From Eledone cirrhosa (taxonomy: Eukaryota): a stretch of 64,000 bases of DNA. The notes beneath the pieces are model-generated. The model made no database searches. It was not told the DNA's origin and worked only from the letters and a program-made list of their open reading frames with translations. Where the stretch lies: assembly GCA_964016885.1 (NCBI GenBank), contig OZ024740.1:103974001-104038000 (forward strand), read 5' to 3'. The position numbers and the translations under genes are program-made. Positions 39,309-51,134 of this stretch are shown here, in pieces. Positions within the stretch are counted from its first letter, which is position 1. Every line of letters begins with the position of its first letter.

Positions 39309-39381
39309 CTTCAAGTCTCTGTGTATTATACTATTTTGGTGGCAGTGGTTAACTCCTTCTAAGATTTGTTGAATGCAGTGA
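39309..39381 (-). CDS. CaMKII: CaMKII kinase-domain exon '6a' (alphaE helix + HRD catalytic loop), 73 nt, alternative copy 1
   Basis: Minus strand TTTTCAG|T CAC TGC ATT...GAC TTG AAG|GTGGGT encodes (S)[24 protein letters not shown]. Length and phases (2/0) match vertebrate CAMK2 exon 6. Confidence 0.95.
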
Positions 39382-39783
39382 CTGAAAAGATATAAGATAA
39401 CAGCATGTAGCAAGCACAAGTAGGAGAGAGAGAGAGAGATAGAGAAAGTAAGAGGAGATATAGACAGAGAGAGAGAAAGAAAGAAAGAGGCTAGTTCATT
39501 TTGTGAATGATGCTGAAGGATGCTGGCAGCAAAATGCTAAGATATCAATAGTGCCACTGCATATGAATGCAATGTTATGATGCCAGCGTGAAGTTTAGTA
39601 GGCACATTCAAGGCTCAAATCATGCTGTTTAAAGAGCAGTGGAGTGAAGTAGTAATGATTAAATCAACTGCTTCAAAGAAGAAAGTAAAAAAGCTATTAA
39701 TAGAATACAGATTTTTAAGAATGTTACCGAAAAGGTGGGGGAAGGCACAAATTAAATTAAGAATGAAATATATATATATATAT

Positions 39784-40000
39784 GGGGTTTATAACCCTCA
39801 GAGAAATGGAAAAAGATGAGTATTGATGTACATGGGAGTCGAACCCACATCTTTGGTTATCCAGACCACTGTGCTACCATTACACCAACACACCACCCGG
39901 GTAATGGTAGCACAGTGGTCTGGATAACCAAAGATGTGGGTTCGACTCCCATGTACATCAATACTCATCTTTTTCCATTTCTTTGAAGGTTATAAACCCC
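39784..40000. repeat. Fold-back inverted repeat (~100-bp arms) of a tRNA-like sequence
   Basis: 39784-39883 is the reverse complement of 39901-40000. Confidence 0.9.
39824..39894 (-). pseudogene. tRNA-like cloverleaf (SINE head or pseudo-tRNA), GGA at the anticodon position
   Basis: GGTGTGT tg GTGT-AATGGTA-GCAC a GTGGT-CTGGATA-ACCAA agat GTGGG-TTCGACT-CCCAT GTACATC a. Multiple G-U pairs, an anticodon-stem mismatch and U37 argue against a functional tRNA. Confidence 0.65.
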
Positions 40001-40101
40001 ACTATCGGACTAAAATTTCTTTAGTAAAAAAATACGGTGAAAGCTCCTATTTCTAATTTCATTAATTTCAAACACGCTCACAGCTTCAAAAACATACTAA
40101 C

Positions 40102-40107
<6 letters not shown>

Positions 40108-40185
<78 letters not shown>
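40108..40185 (+). repeat. (GA)n microsatellite
   Basis: Direct read. Confidence 0.95.
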
Positions 40186-40191
<6 letters not shown>

Positions 40192-40789
40192 CGTAGCTGT
40201 TTCCATATATTTTCTTGTGTCTCAAAAGCATATTCATCAAATGATGCTGAATCTATAAAGTTAGGATGATCAAGATTGAAGATTGGAGTGAGTAATTCAA
40301 ATCCCCCAATCCTTGTTCCTGCACTTTTAGATTTACTACTCAATACACATTGCTCACACCATTTCTTTCATTACTCAGATGTTTCTCTCTCACTATCACC
40401 CATTCGTGTAAAATGCTGGTTATATTAGGAATAGGGGAAAATCTAAAAAGAATATATAGGGTTCAGTTGTTTCTGAGGTGAATGACACACATAGTGTATT
40501 AGCCAGGAAACCACTAATATGTAAGGCTATACCTGGAAGTCTTTCTATTTCACACAGGCAAGATTCTGGTCATTTGAGATACAAGCTACACTATCAATTG
40601 TTCTTGAAATATTTTCTATGACTGAATGCCTTTCCTAACACCAATGACTATAGTGTACTGGCTACATTTTATCATGGTTCTCATGATTGGAGAGTCCTCT
40701 CTATTTTACATCATTAATGTGTACGGAGTGCATTTTATCATTGCAAAAGCACTAGCGAAGTTGCCTCATCCCCTACAATAGTCCTCTCC

Positions 40790-41325
40790 ACTCCACATAG
40801 TCTTTATTCTTTCAAGATAAATGTGATTAAGAGGGAAAAGAGGAGAGAGTATAAATAGGATGATAATGGAGGGAATAATGAGGCAGAAACTGATATTGAT
40901 TGTTGGCTGAATATATAACTGCATGAGCAGCATTAAGAGATAGCAATAAAAAAAAGTAATGGTAAGGGAGAGCAAGTGATGGATAGCAACAGAGATGGAT
41001 GATATCAACAAGTCAACTAAAGAGAATAATGGTTAGTGGCAAAAGATGATGCCCTGTGACAGATGTGAAAAGAAATTGAAAAAGATGGCTGAATTATATG
41101 TTGAGGAAAGTTGAAAGTGATTGGGTGAGAGGAGTAATGGTAATGAATGTGGAAGGAAGTAGATGAAGGAAAAGACTTGAAAGACATGGTTTAAGGTGAT
41201 GGAGGAGGAAATAATTACAAAGAGTTTAGTATAGAAAGATGCAGAGGATAGGGTAAAATGGAGAGACTGTCATAGAGCCCACAAGGCTAACATCTGCTTT
41301 AACAGGACAAATGACCTGAAAACAC
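40790..41325 (+). mobile_element. Highly decayed RTE-type LINE 3' fragment
   Basis: Purine-rich; remnants of RWLNYMLRK, GSR.RKRLERHG and DAEDRVKWR resemble an RTE C-terminus. Confidence 0.5.
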
Positions 41326-43138
41326 TTGCAGCTGTGTGTATATGTATAAACAATAGGATGAGTTGTATCGTAATAACATTTAAGTAGGAGTTTTCAGTGT
41401 TAAATGTACTTTTGAAAGTAGGCCACTCTAATTAACATGGTATATTTTGGCATGGGTAAACATAGACAATTTTAAATGCAAAGACTATATTTCAGTAGTT
41501 AAATTTTGATTGTGTGCTTTGAGTTCATAACTGAATTCAGCTCTTTGTGCCTTGGATATGCCTAGTGTATTATTTTTGTGCTTTTCTTTTGGACGGATCA
41601 TCATGACCCAAGACTAGACTGATCAGAGAACCATGTCTAGCTCATAAGTACTGAACACAATATGCATACTTTACTTAGTAGTGCTATTTTCTGAATATTG
41701 TGTGCATAGGGATCATTTCTGTTTTCAATCATTCCATTCTATTTATCTTTATTCATCATCATTAAATGCCCATTTTCCCCTGGTGATGTTAAATGGTAAT
41801 AACGATGATGGTGGTGAAAGAACCAGATAAGGATGACTGAAAATAGAGATAATCTCTATAATAGTACAATATTAGTTTACTCTTTTATTGGTTCTAGTCA
41901 TTAAACTGTAGCCATGTTGATGTAATTTCTTTTTTAGGGAGATATTTGCACCCATTAGAGTTGATACAGAGATGGGTAGACAATTCTTTTCCTGACAGTG
42001 TTTGACAATACTATTTGTACAATTTCCATATGTGTATGAATTGTCAATTTGTCAGTCTCAAACTTTTTTGTGGAGTGTATGTTCCATCTCTTCTTTTTGG
42101 CTATTCCATAATGTTAGTATGTTTTTCAGTGTATGAAAGTTCCAACTCTCTGGCATGTTTATATATATATATATATATTATCTTTTGCTTATTTACTATT
42201 ATTGATTTAATTTTTCTTCAAAACTTCCAAAGGTAAAATTTCCAGCAACAATAAATATTCAAGTGAAAAGATTACATGGGATGCTTGGAGAAATTCTGTT
42301 ATGTGATTCAGAAAAGAAGTGACCAAGGGAATTAACTGTATTGCCTTGGCGAATAAAGGCAATCTAGTGAAAACATAAAGCAGTGGTTTTATGTATTTTG
42401 AATAATAAAACAATTTTGCTGATGGAGAGGAGGCGGAATCTTATTTCATAAATTAATCAGTAAAACAAAACAGATTTGTCAATCATTTGTTAATGGATAC
42501 AGAGAGTGTGCATATAGTGAGAGGATAGAAAGATTAACAAATATTTTTTTAATGATATATTTGAGTTGAAATTTGAAAAACGGATGTTTATAAGTAGGAA
42601 ATTTAATTATATGATGTTCTTGTATTTCAGCTAAAGTTTTCTGAGACATTTTCTTCATCACCTACATTAAAAGGATATATCTAGAATTATATATATATAT
42701 ATATATAACTATTTATTTTTGAAGAAAACAAAAAACTCTAGAATGTTCTAGCTCCAAATAAACCTTCCCTAAAAGTATAGCTCAAAGAAGGAGACTTTTA
42801 TATTTTAATGAAACAAATATATGATTTGGAAAAAAAGAAAAAAAAAAACGGAGATTCAAAAAGAAGTCTATTTGTGTACAAAAATGGACAATGTAGAGCT
42901 CCAACTAGAAGCTGTGTGTGTGTGTGTGACCATGTGTATCTGTGTGTTTTGAAATAATACATGTATAACAGACCCATTTTCACTTAGGTGAGTAGCAGAA
43001 GAAAAGTAGTGCAAGGTTTTATTACTACTAGCTATTACTGATGTTCAAAGTACTGTTGCAGAGAAATTAGCAGACATGTGAGGAATTAAAAGAATGCAAA
43101 AAACGAAAATGAAATTCAGTTTTTATATATATATACAT

Positions 43139-43183
<45 letters not shown>

Positions 43184-43235
43184 TATATATATATAATCAC
43201 ACATATATACATATATACACACACACACACATGTA

Positions 43236-43272
<37 letters not shown>

Positions 43273-43599
43273 GTATATATATCCTCCCTACCTCCCATTT
43301 AGCCATGATTCCTTGGTCAGGAGTTAACTATTTATGCATGCATCATAGAATCAGAATGCAGTAGCAGCATGGTACTCAATCAGCAGTCAAGTCAAATTTC
43401 ATAAAACAAAAAACAAACTGTTTTCAGTCCAATATAATGCAATACAAACAAATTCAACATACAGGTTGTGATTATTTATGTGTGTGTGTATACATATATA
43501 ACATGTGTGTGTCTCTTAGTCAAAAGTCTAAATACATTGATGAGCAAAAGGTTTTATGTTATTAATTGATGAAGTAGATATGAAAAACAAAGAATGTAT

Positions 43600-44520
43600 T
43601 ATATGATAAAATATGCAAATAACCTGAAAACACTTTACTGAAATATAGATACCAATGTTAGAATCCATAATACTTGTTATGACACCCCTTTGCCTGCAAT
43701 ACAGAAACCCTCTGGTTAGAAATGCTTCGAAGAAAACTGTTGCTGTAATCTGGGGTTATATCCTTTGTCCAAATCTATAAGCTTTTTTTTTTGTAATATC
43801 CCATGCATTTTGTATTAGGTGAGGTCAGGATAACTAATTAAAAAATGAATATAAGTAATATTAAAATAATATTAGCTCTAAGCTAGCCATCATACATTTT
43901 ACACTATCCTGATTGAATATAGTGCAATTTTCAAAATATCCAGGTCGATTTTAGCATTTATCATTGCATTTTGAGGCATTATCCATATACCAGTTCTCAA
44001 ATTTGCATACCCGTTGTTTGATACTTGCAAATGTACAAGTGTATACCTGGGATTGTATGTTCAGTTTGATTGATGACAAACAAAAGAAACATTAACATAT
44101 ATATGTCTGAGAAATGGACAAAAATCCCAACCATATTTACATAAAATTTGAATTTGGTGAAAATTGTCAAAATATCAACCCTGAATATAAGCCCATTGTT
44201 GTACCATCTATTTTTGGTCATATATTCCTTGGCTTATATTCAAGAATATATAGTAAATGAAAACTATTAAATGAATGGTTCTCAAAAATTACTTTAAACC
44301 AGTTCTTCTTTGTTCAATTTTTATGATCCCTGCAAGATTGCAGATGGTCTTGGATATTTTCAGCGAAAGACTTTTAAAAATTTTATTTTGTCTTACAACT
44401 AGATTAAAGTCTTTCTGCAATCCTGTCATATAAATTTAAAATGTAGCTTGAGGTCTTTCTGGTGATTTGTATTCTTCAATCTCATGAAATCAAGACAAAG
44501 CTTTCTGGACAACACCAACA
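43600..44520 (-). mobile_element. Possible decayed Tc1-like transposon remnant
   Basis: AATACTTGTTATGACACCCCTTTGCCTGCAATACAG and later text resemble Tc1-family reverse-strand sequence. No intact ORF or TIR pair found. Confidence 0.35.
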
Positions 44521-45039
44521 GATATATTTAGCTGAGTTAATATTTTCCTAAGTTTGAATCCAGTGACAACAATCTGGGCCCCCTTTTCAGATGACAATTC
44601 CATAAATTTATAAAATGTTGATGTAACTTGTATCAAAAATGTCAAAAAAGACAAAATTTATCATCAACACTATTATCCAAATTTAATGCCTGTCTTTCCT
44701 GCTAGCAAAAATATAATATTTCATCTTCATACATCATATGTTATATAAATAAATTAACTCTGTAACTTTCAAAGATCAAGTAAATAATGTAAAAAAATAT
44801 TTAGAAAAATACTAAATTTCATCTTTCTATCCAGACTTTTGACCAAGATATGTGTGTGTGTGTGTGTGTTTGTATTTATGTGTGTGTGGGTATACACACA
44901 CATGCACCAACAATATTGATTTCAATATTAGCATAACTGAACTCAGTCTCTGATTTTCTTTTCTTTTGAGATTTAAAAGGTTAAAAGATGCTGAAAGAGA
45001 TGGTCTACCAATTGACATATCATCATTTTCACCATCATC

Positions 45040-46115
45040 AATTTTATTTATTTATTTATTATTATTTTTTTTAGATTAGGCCCCAAACAAATTTCTGTAC
45101 AGTATGTTACTGGTATTTATTACATTGAGCATAAGATGATGATAAATGGCAAAGTTGATAGAAATAGGGTTTGAAGTTAGAAGCAAGAAAGGTCAAAACA
45201 TATAATGGAATGCATTTAATTCACCATCACTCAACTAACTTGGTCAACTTCATTTACTAGCAATGAAGTGTTAAGTGGCAAAAATAGCATAATAAGAACA
45301 TTGTGTTGTCTAGTTATGCTCAATTAAATTCTGAGTTTAGACTGAACCAAGGTCAGCTTCATCTCTTATTAACAAAGGTCAGTAAAGCAAGTACCAGAAA
45401 TATACTGAAACTCTATTAAATCAACAATCCTTTTTACCTTTAAATTTATGGACTTGTAGGAATGTAACAAATTATTATTATTTAATAGGGTAGTACATAA
45501 TTAAATCATTAGAGAGCTATAAAAACAAACTTTGTGGTATACAATTACATTGCTTTATGATTTCAGTTCAAATCATGCCAGTCAAGTACTAGTAATCAAT
45601 TTAATCAACTATTTTCTTTCACAAAAATGTGTGCAGCCTTGTATGTAAGTTAGGAATAATTATTGATGTTGTTGTTGTTATTAAGATGGTGGATTGATAG
45701 TATTGGTAGAGCATTGGACAAAATGCTTTGTGGTATTTGTTCTGGCCCTTTGCATTCTGAATTCAAATCCTATTAAGATCAACTTTGCCATTTATCCTTT
45801 CAAGGTTGATGAAATAAAGTTACTAGTCAATTTTCCTCTCCCCTCAAATTGTAAGTCTTGTGCCCAAAGCAGAAACCATTAATATAACATAAAAGGAATC
45901 ATTATTAAAACTAAGGTGGTGGATAGTCAAAATTGTTAGAGGATTGGATAAAATGGTTTGTGATATTGTTCCCAAGTTTGAATTGTGCCAAAGTCAACTT
46001 TGCATTTGATCCATCTGGGGTTGAAAAAATAAAGTACCAGTGAAATACTTCTGTTGATATAATCAACTTCCCCTCTTCCCTCAAATCTGCTGGCCTTGTG
46101 CTTAAATTATTATTA
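45040..46115. mobile_element. Cluster of about five decayed tRNA-derived SINEs (one minus, four plus)
   Basis: Recurring CAACTTTGC..T.ATCC.T...GGTTGA..AAATAAAGT core and GGCCTTGTG-type tails with (ATT)n spacers. Confidence 0.7.
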
Positions 46116-46591
46116 TTATTATTACCATTATCATTGCTTCTTTAACTACTACTACAATAAATATAACAACAGGCATATATACAACATTTCAATTTTAAAT
46201 AATTGTATTTAATGTTTAGCTAATTAACAACTAAATCAATGAGGGTGATGATGACACAAATAAGGCTGATATGTGTAATATTGGTGGGGAAAACACTGAA
46301 ATCAATATTAATGGTGTTAATAAGAATTATAGCAACAGTTAGAATCAACATAGTTTATTACCAAAATAAACAAACATGGTTATTTAATGGGCAAGTAGTT
46401 AAACATAAAAACGTTTTGCAAGAAGATTTTTGACATTCATTTCAAACACAAATCAATCAAGTTATAAATAATTAAGAAATATGTGAATAATTGAAATACT
46501 TGGAAAGGAAACTATAACTGTAAAATTGCAGTGATTATATATATGGAGTGTCTGTGGAAAGACTACTAATCGAAGTAATACTTGATACATA

Positions 46592-46708
46592 ATGGGATGC
46601 AGAGTTGGTATGCTTAGGAAGAAAATATTCGGCCATGAGCCTACGGTTTCTGCTCATGACCTCAAGGTCCAATATTCTCTTCCTAAGTATACCAACTCTG
46701 CATCCCAT
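46592..46708. repeat. Hairpin (38-bp outer stem plus inner stem)
   Basis: ATGGGATGCAGAGTTGGTATGCTTAGGAAGAAAATATT ... AATATTCTCTTCCTAAGTATACCAACTCTGCATCCCAT. Confidence 0.85.
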
Positions 46709-46777
46709 AAACAATACCATTCAATTTCTAGGTTTTACTCGTACATGCATGAATATATACATATATATATATATATA

Positions 46778-46970
46778 TAACAAAGGAATTGTGGTAAGGA
46801 ACCAGATGGACCATAACGCACCAGAGTACTCAATACTTAGGGGAGTAGAGTGGGAAATAGGAAAAAGTATGACCCCGACGGCAGAGCTCAAGCCGTTTCG
46901 ACGGCTATTTCAGTCCAGAAATAGCCGTCGAGACGGCTTGAGCTCTGCCGTCGGGGTCATACTTTTTCCT
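46778..46970. mobile_element. Penelope-like pLTR fragment with fold-back, second copy
   Basis: Near-identical to 37694-37890; palindrome at 46857-46970; flanked by (TA)n. Confidence 0.65.
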
Positions 46971-46990
46971 ATATATATATATATATATAT

Positions 46991-48731
46991 CATCATCATC
47001 GTTTAATGTCCGTATTCCACGCTCGCATGGGTTTGGACGGGAGTTTTCCCACTTGAGGCAAGAGTGGTTGTCTTGCTCGCATAGGACTGTCTGGCAGGTT
47101 TTCTATGGCTGGATGCCCTTCCTAACACCAACCACATTTACAGTGTGGAACTGGGAGGTTTTTACTGTGTTACCTACACGCCCACATTACAGCGTGGACT
47201 GTGTGTTTTTTTGTCGTGACACCTACACAACCTCGTTGGTTTCGGGCTGGATGTTGTGGTACCAACATAACTTTACATTGAAAGGGGTGGTTTGGATGGG
47301 GTGGGGGTAGTGGGACGCGGGTGTATTTTGTTAGAGGTGCCTACTGACTGTAGTAGGTTTCACTTTGCACTTAGGTAAGGGGGGGTCTTCTCTATTACTG
47401 TGTAGCGCCAAAGATCTCGGTCCAGTGACATTGTCTTAGAGAGGTGTAAATGTGTGAGGTCGGAATTTATCAGCTCGTCCCAGGTTTTTCTGGGTCTGCC
47501 TACTCCGTGGCTACCGTCTATTTTTATTGCCCTGCACTTTTTTATACAGCTGTCGTCTTTCATGCGCATCACGTGACCATACCAACGTAGTCTCTCGAGT
47601 AAACAACATCTGATCCCTCTTATTTCTAATTTCCCCCTTAGTTCTTTTATGCTTTGCCGTTCACGTATATTACTATTACACATTCAGCGGAGCATGCAAG
47701 ATTCGTTTCTCTCCAGTCTGCGTATATCCTCTGCACACAATGCCCAGGTCTCACTGCCATGTAACATCGCTGTTCGTATGCAGGCATCATACAGCCTGCC
47801 TTTCATTTTTAGAGAGAACCCTTTAGCGGCCAATAGTGGTATAAGCTCTCTGAACTTTTTCCATCCCGTTCTGACTCTAGCTACTGTACTTTCAGAGAAC
47901 CCCCCCCCCCCCACTGCTGATTTTGTCACCCAGGTAACAGAAGCTGTCCACTATTTCTATAGAACCCTCTGCGCAGTTGAAGGAGCTAGTATTCTGTGAG
48001 CACTTGCTGCTACTTATTGCACCAGAGCACTGGCCACATATAAAATCTATATTCTTAGTTAGCTTACCTGTGATCCCACTACATCTTCTATGTACCCATA
48101 CTTTGTATTTGGGACATAAAATGGAGTTTCTACCTACTCCTTTCCTACACACTGAGCATGGCCATTTCCCAGATGGGACCAGTGCCCTATTTTCCTTCCT
48201 ACAAACTAGAACTTTAGTCTTAGACAAGTTAACTTGAAGGTCTTTTGATTCTAGGCCATGCTTCCATGTTTGGAATTTCTTCTCTAGTTCAGCCATTGAA
48301 TCAGCTATGAGCGTTAGATCATCTGCATATAGGAGTTCCCATGGGCAGCCGGTCTTGAACTACTCTGTTATAGCCTGAAGGGCAATAATAAATAGTAGGG
48401 GCTAAGGACGGAGCCCTGATGAACACCAACTTTTACGCTAAACTCTTCACTATATTCGTTGTTAATTCTAACCTTGCTGACTGTTTCTTTATACATGGCT
48501 TGTATAGCTCTCACAAGCCATTCATCAACACCTAGTTTTCTAAGGGCCCACCAGATAATCGAGAGGGGTATTCTGTAAAAGGCTTTCTCCAAGTCAACAA
48601 AAGCTAAGTATAGGGGTTTACTTTTAGCTAGGTACTTCTCCTGTAGTTGTCGTACAATGAAAAGAGCGTCTGTTGTACTTTTACCTGACACAAACCCGAA
48701 CTGCATTTCGTCTAGATCAATTCGCTCTCTG
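46991..48731 (-). mobile_element. 5'-truncated, frameshifted copy of the young RTE LINE
   Basis: ORF pieces [14 protein letters not shown].., MAELEKKFQTWK.., ..RDLWRYTVIEKT. (CAT)n tail at 46991; (TA)n on both sides. Confidence 0.95.
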
Positions 48732-48788
48732 ATATATATATATATGCATGAATATATATATATATGCATGAATATATATATATATGCA

Positions 48789-48830
<42 letters not shown>

Positions 48831-49084
48831 TGAATATATATATATATATAAAGAATGAATAATAACAGGTAGACATCATAAAAAGGTAATTTATTCTGTG
48901 TGCTTACAAATGTTTCCACGGTGGTTATACAGCCTAGTTACGCTATGTGCAAAATATTTTGATAACAGATGAGCATAACGTAATATCGGCCTCCCAACCA
49001 CTAAATGGGAGACAGCAGTACAGGTGGGTTGTGTAATACCTATCACAACCTATCCATGGTAGACCCGCTACCCACAACAAAAAC

Positions 49085-49415
49085 TGTAACTGCCACCTAC
49101 CTGAAAGATGTCCATTAAAGAATAAATGCCTAAAGTCCAACACTGTTTACCAATGCACGGTTGAATCGAACGACCAGAAATGGTATTACATCGGGTCTAC
49201 CACTACCTCATTTAAATTTCGCGGGTACCGTCATCGATTCTCAATTAAACATCCTGATCACCGTTTTGTGACCACGCTCGCCAACAAGACCTGGCACTTC
49301 CGTGAACGCAACCAACAGTTCACCTTGAAATGGGATATACTTTCCAGTGCAAGTGCATATCGGAGAGGATTAAAGTAATGTAGGTTATGTAACCTTGAAC
49401 TCTTTTACATATTAA
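49085..49415 (+). pseudogene. GIY-YIG endonuclease remnant of the Penelope-like element
   Basis: CNCHLPERCPLKNKCLKSNTVYQCTVESNDQKWYYIGSTTTSFKFRGYRHRFSIKH...; after a frameshift FTLKWDIL and CRLCNLELFYIL. Confidence 0.85.
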
Positions 49416-49964
49416 AATCCAAAAATAAATTACTAAATGATAGAATCGAACGATCATTATACTGCAACCACAAACTGAAAGATAAATTCTCTCACTATAA
49501 AATAACTTAACATTCAAACCCGTAACTATAACATTGATTTCTAGCTAACCACTTTCTCTTCTCCTACACTGCTTATCACTATAAATGGGAACTTAGTGCA
49601 ATTCGTAGATTACTACTATGAACCCAATGTTCTGTCCCCTCTCTATCCATTCCACTCTATCTCTCTCATCCTAGGCCTACCTCCCTCCCTCCCCACATCT
49701 ATGAACCTTCCCTCTGGGACAATAAATAATTCCAACCTTGACTATCAACGCATCGCTTAAGGTGGTGGCTTTAAGAGTAACCAGTATAATAAAACCCCTA
49801 CCACAACATTTTGATTAAGATATCTACAAACCACTCTCTCCCATTTCTCCAACCCCTGCATATCTTTCTCTCTTTCTTCCTCTCCCCTTCTTTTCTCTCT
49901 TCCTTTTCTACTCTATATTCACCAATAACCTAACTTAAGGGTATTTACATTGTACATTTTAACC

Positions 49965-50088
49965 ATTCTGCTCTGAAGATACAGTGGTCACAGCATTTGA
50001 TAATTGAGTTTTGCAAACAGTTATAAATTTGCACATAGCATAACTAGGCTGTATAACCACCGTGGAAACATTTGTAAGCACACAGAAT
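49965..50088 (+). ncRNA. Type I hammerhead ribozyme in the Penelope pLTR
   Basis: Stem I (ATTC)TGCT/AGCA(..GAAT), CTGAAGA at 49973-49979, extended stem II TACAGTGGT/ACCACCGTG, GAAA at 50065-50068, stem III ACA-TT-TGT, GUA at 50074-50076. Confidence 0.8.
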
Positions 50089-50276
50089 AAATTACCTTTT
50101 TATGGTGTCTACCTGTTATTATTCATTCTTTATCTACACTCCGGAATACAGAAGGATCAGGAACTAAGTTTCTTCAACAATTCTTCCATAACTCGTTGAG
50201 TAACCTCTTACCATACGTCAACTCTATCCAGTGTAGTAATTAACCATTACTGCATCTAGGATAATCTTATACCTAA

Positions 50277-50620
<344 letters not shown>

Positions 50621-50632
50621 ATATTTACCAAA

Positions 50633-50990
50633 AAGAAGAACAAGTCAGCATCATTGGATACCATCAGGGTTGCAAGTGTTGTATCAGAGTTTTCCTTCTC
50701 CTAGATTCTTGGTTAAGAGAGTGGGACTGGCTTTGTGCAGTGCCTTTGCTCACTATAAAAGCTTCGCGGCACAGGCATTGCTTTATATCTGGAGATCTCT
50801 CTGCACTTGTCGTCACATGGTACCATGGGCCCAGCACTGTGTCAATAATTGTCACAAGTGTAGTGTTTGTACCAGAGTTTTCAAGTCGCTGGCTGGACTA
50901 AAAAGTCACACTCGTTCAGCGCACCGGTAGGGGTTCTCCTACATGGATATAAAGTAGTGGCCGTACTCGAAAGCGAGTTGGCAGCCACCA
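50633..50990 (+). mobile_element. 3' end of an RTE-BovB-like LINE with C-terminal C2H2 finger
   Basis: ...IWRSLC...[25 protein letters not shown] then a short UTR; between (TA)n tracts. Confidence 0.7.
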
Positions 50991-51134
50991 TATATATATA
51001 TATGTATATATATATATGCATGAATATATATACATATATATATATGTATATATATATATGCATGAATATATATATATATATATATGTATATATATGCATG
51101 AATATATATATATATCTATGTATATATATATATT

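Larger units (their letters stand above)
48849..50276 (+). mobile_element. 5'-truncated Penelope-like element (GIY-YIG end + pLTR, with inverted pLTR piece at the 5' end)
   Basis: 48849-48953 is the reverse complement of ~50029-50132. GIY-YIG coding remnant and a hammerhead are present; inserted in TGCATGAA(TA)n satellite. Confidence 0.9.
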
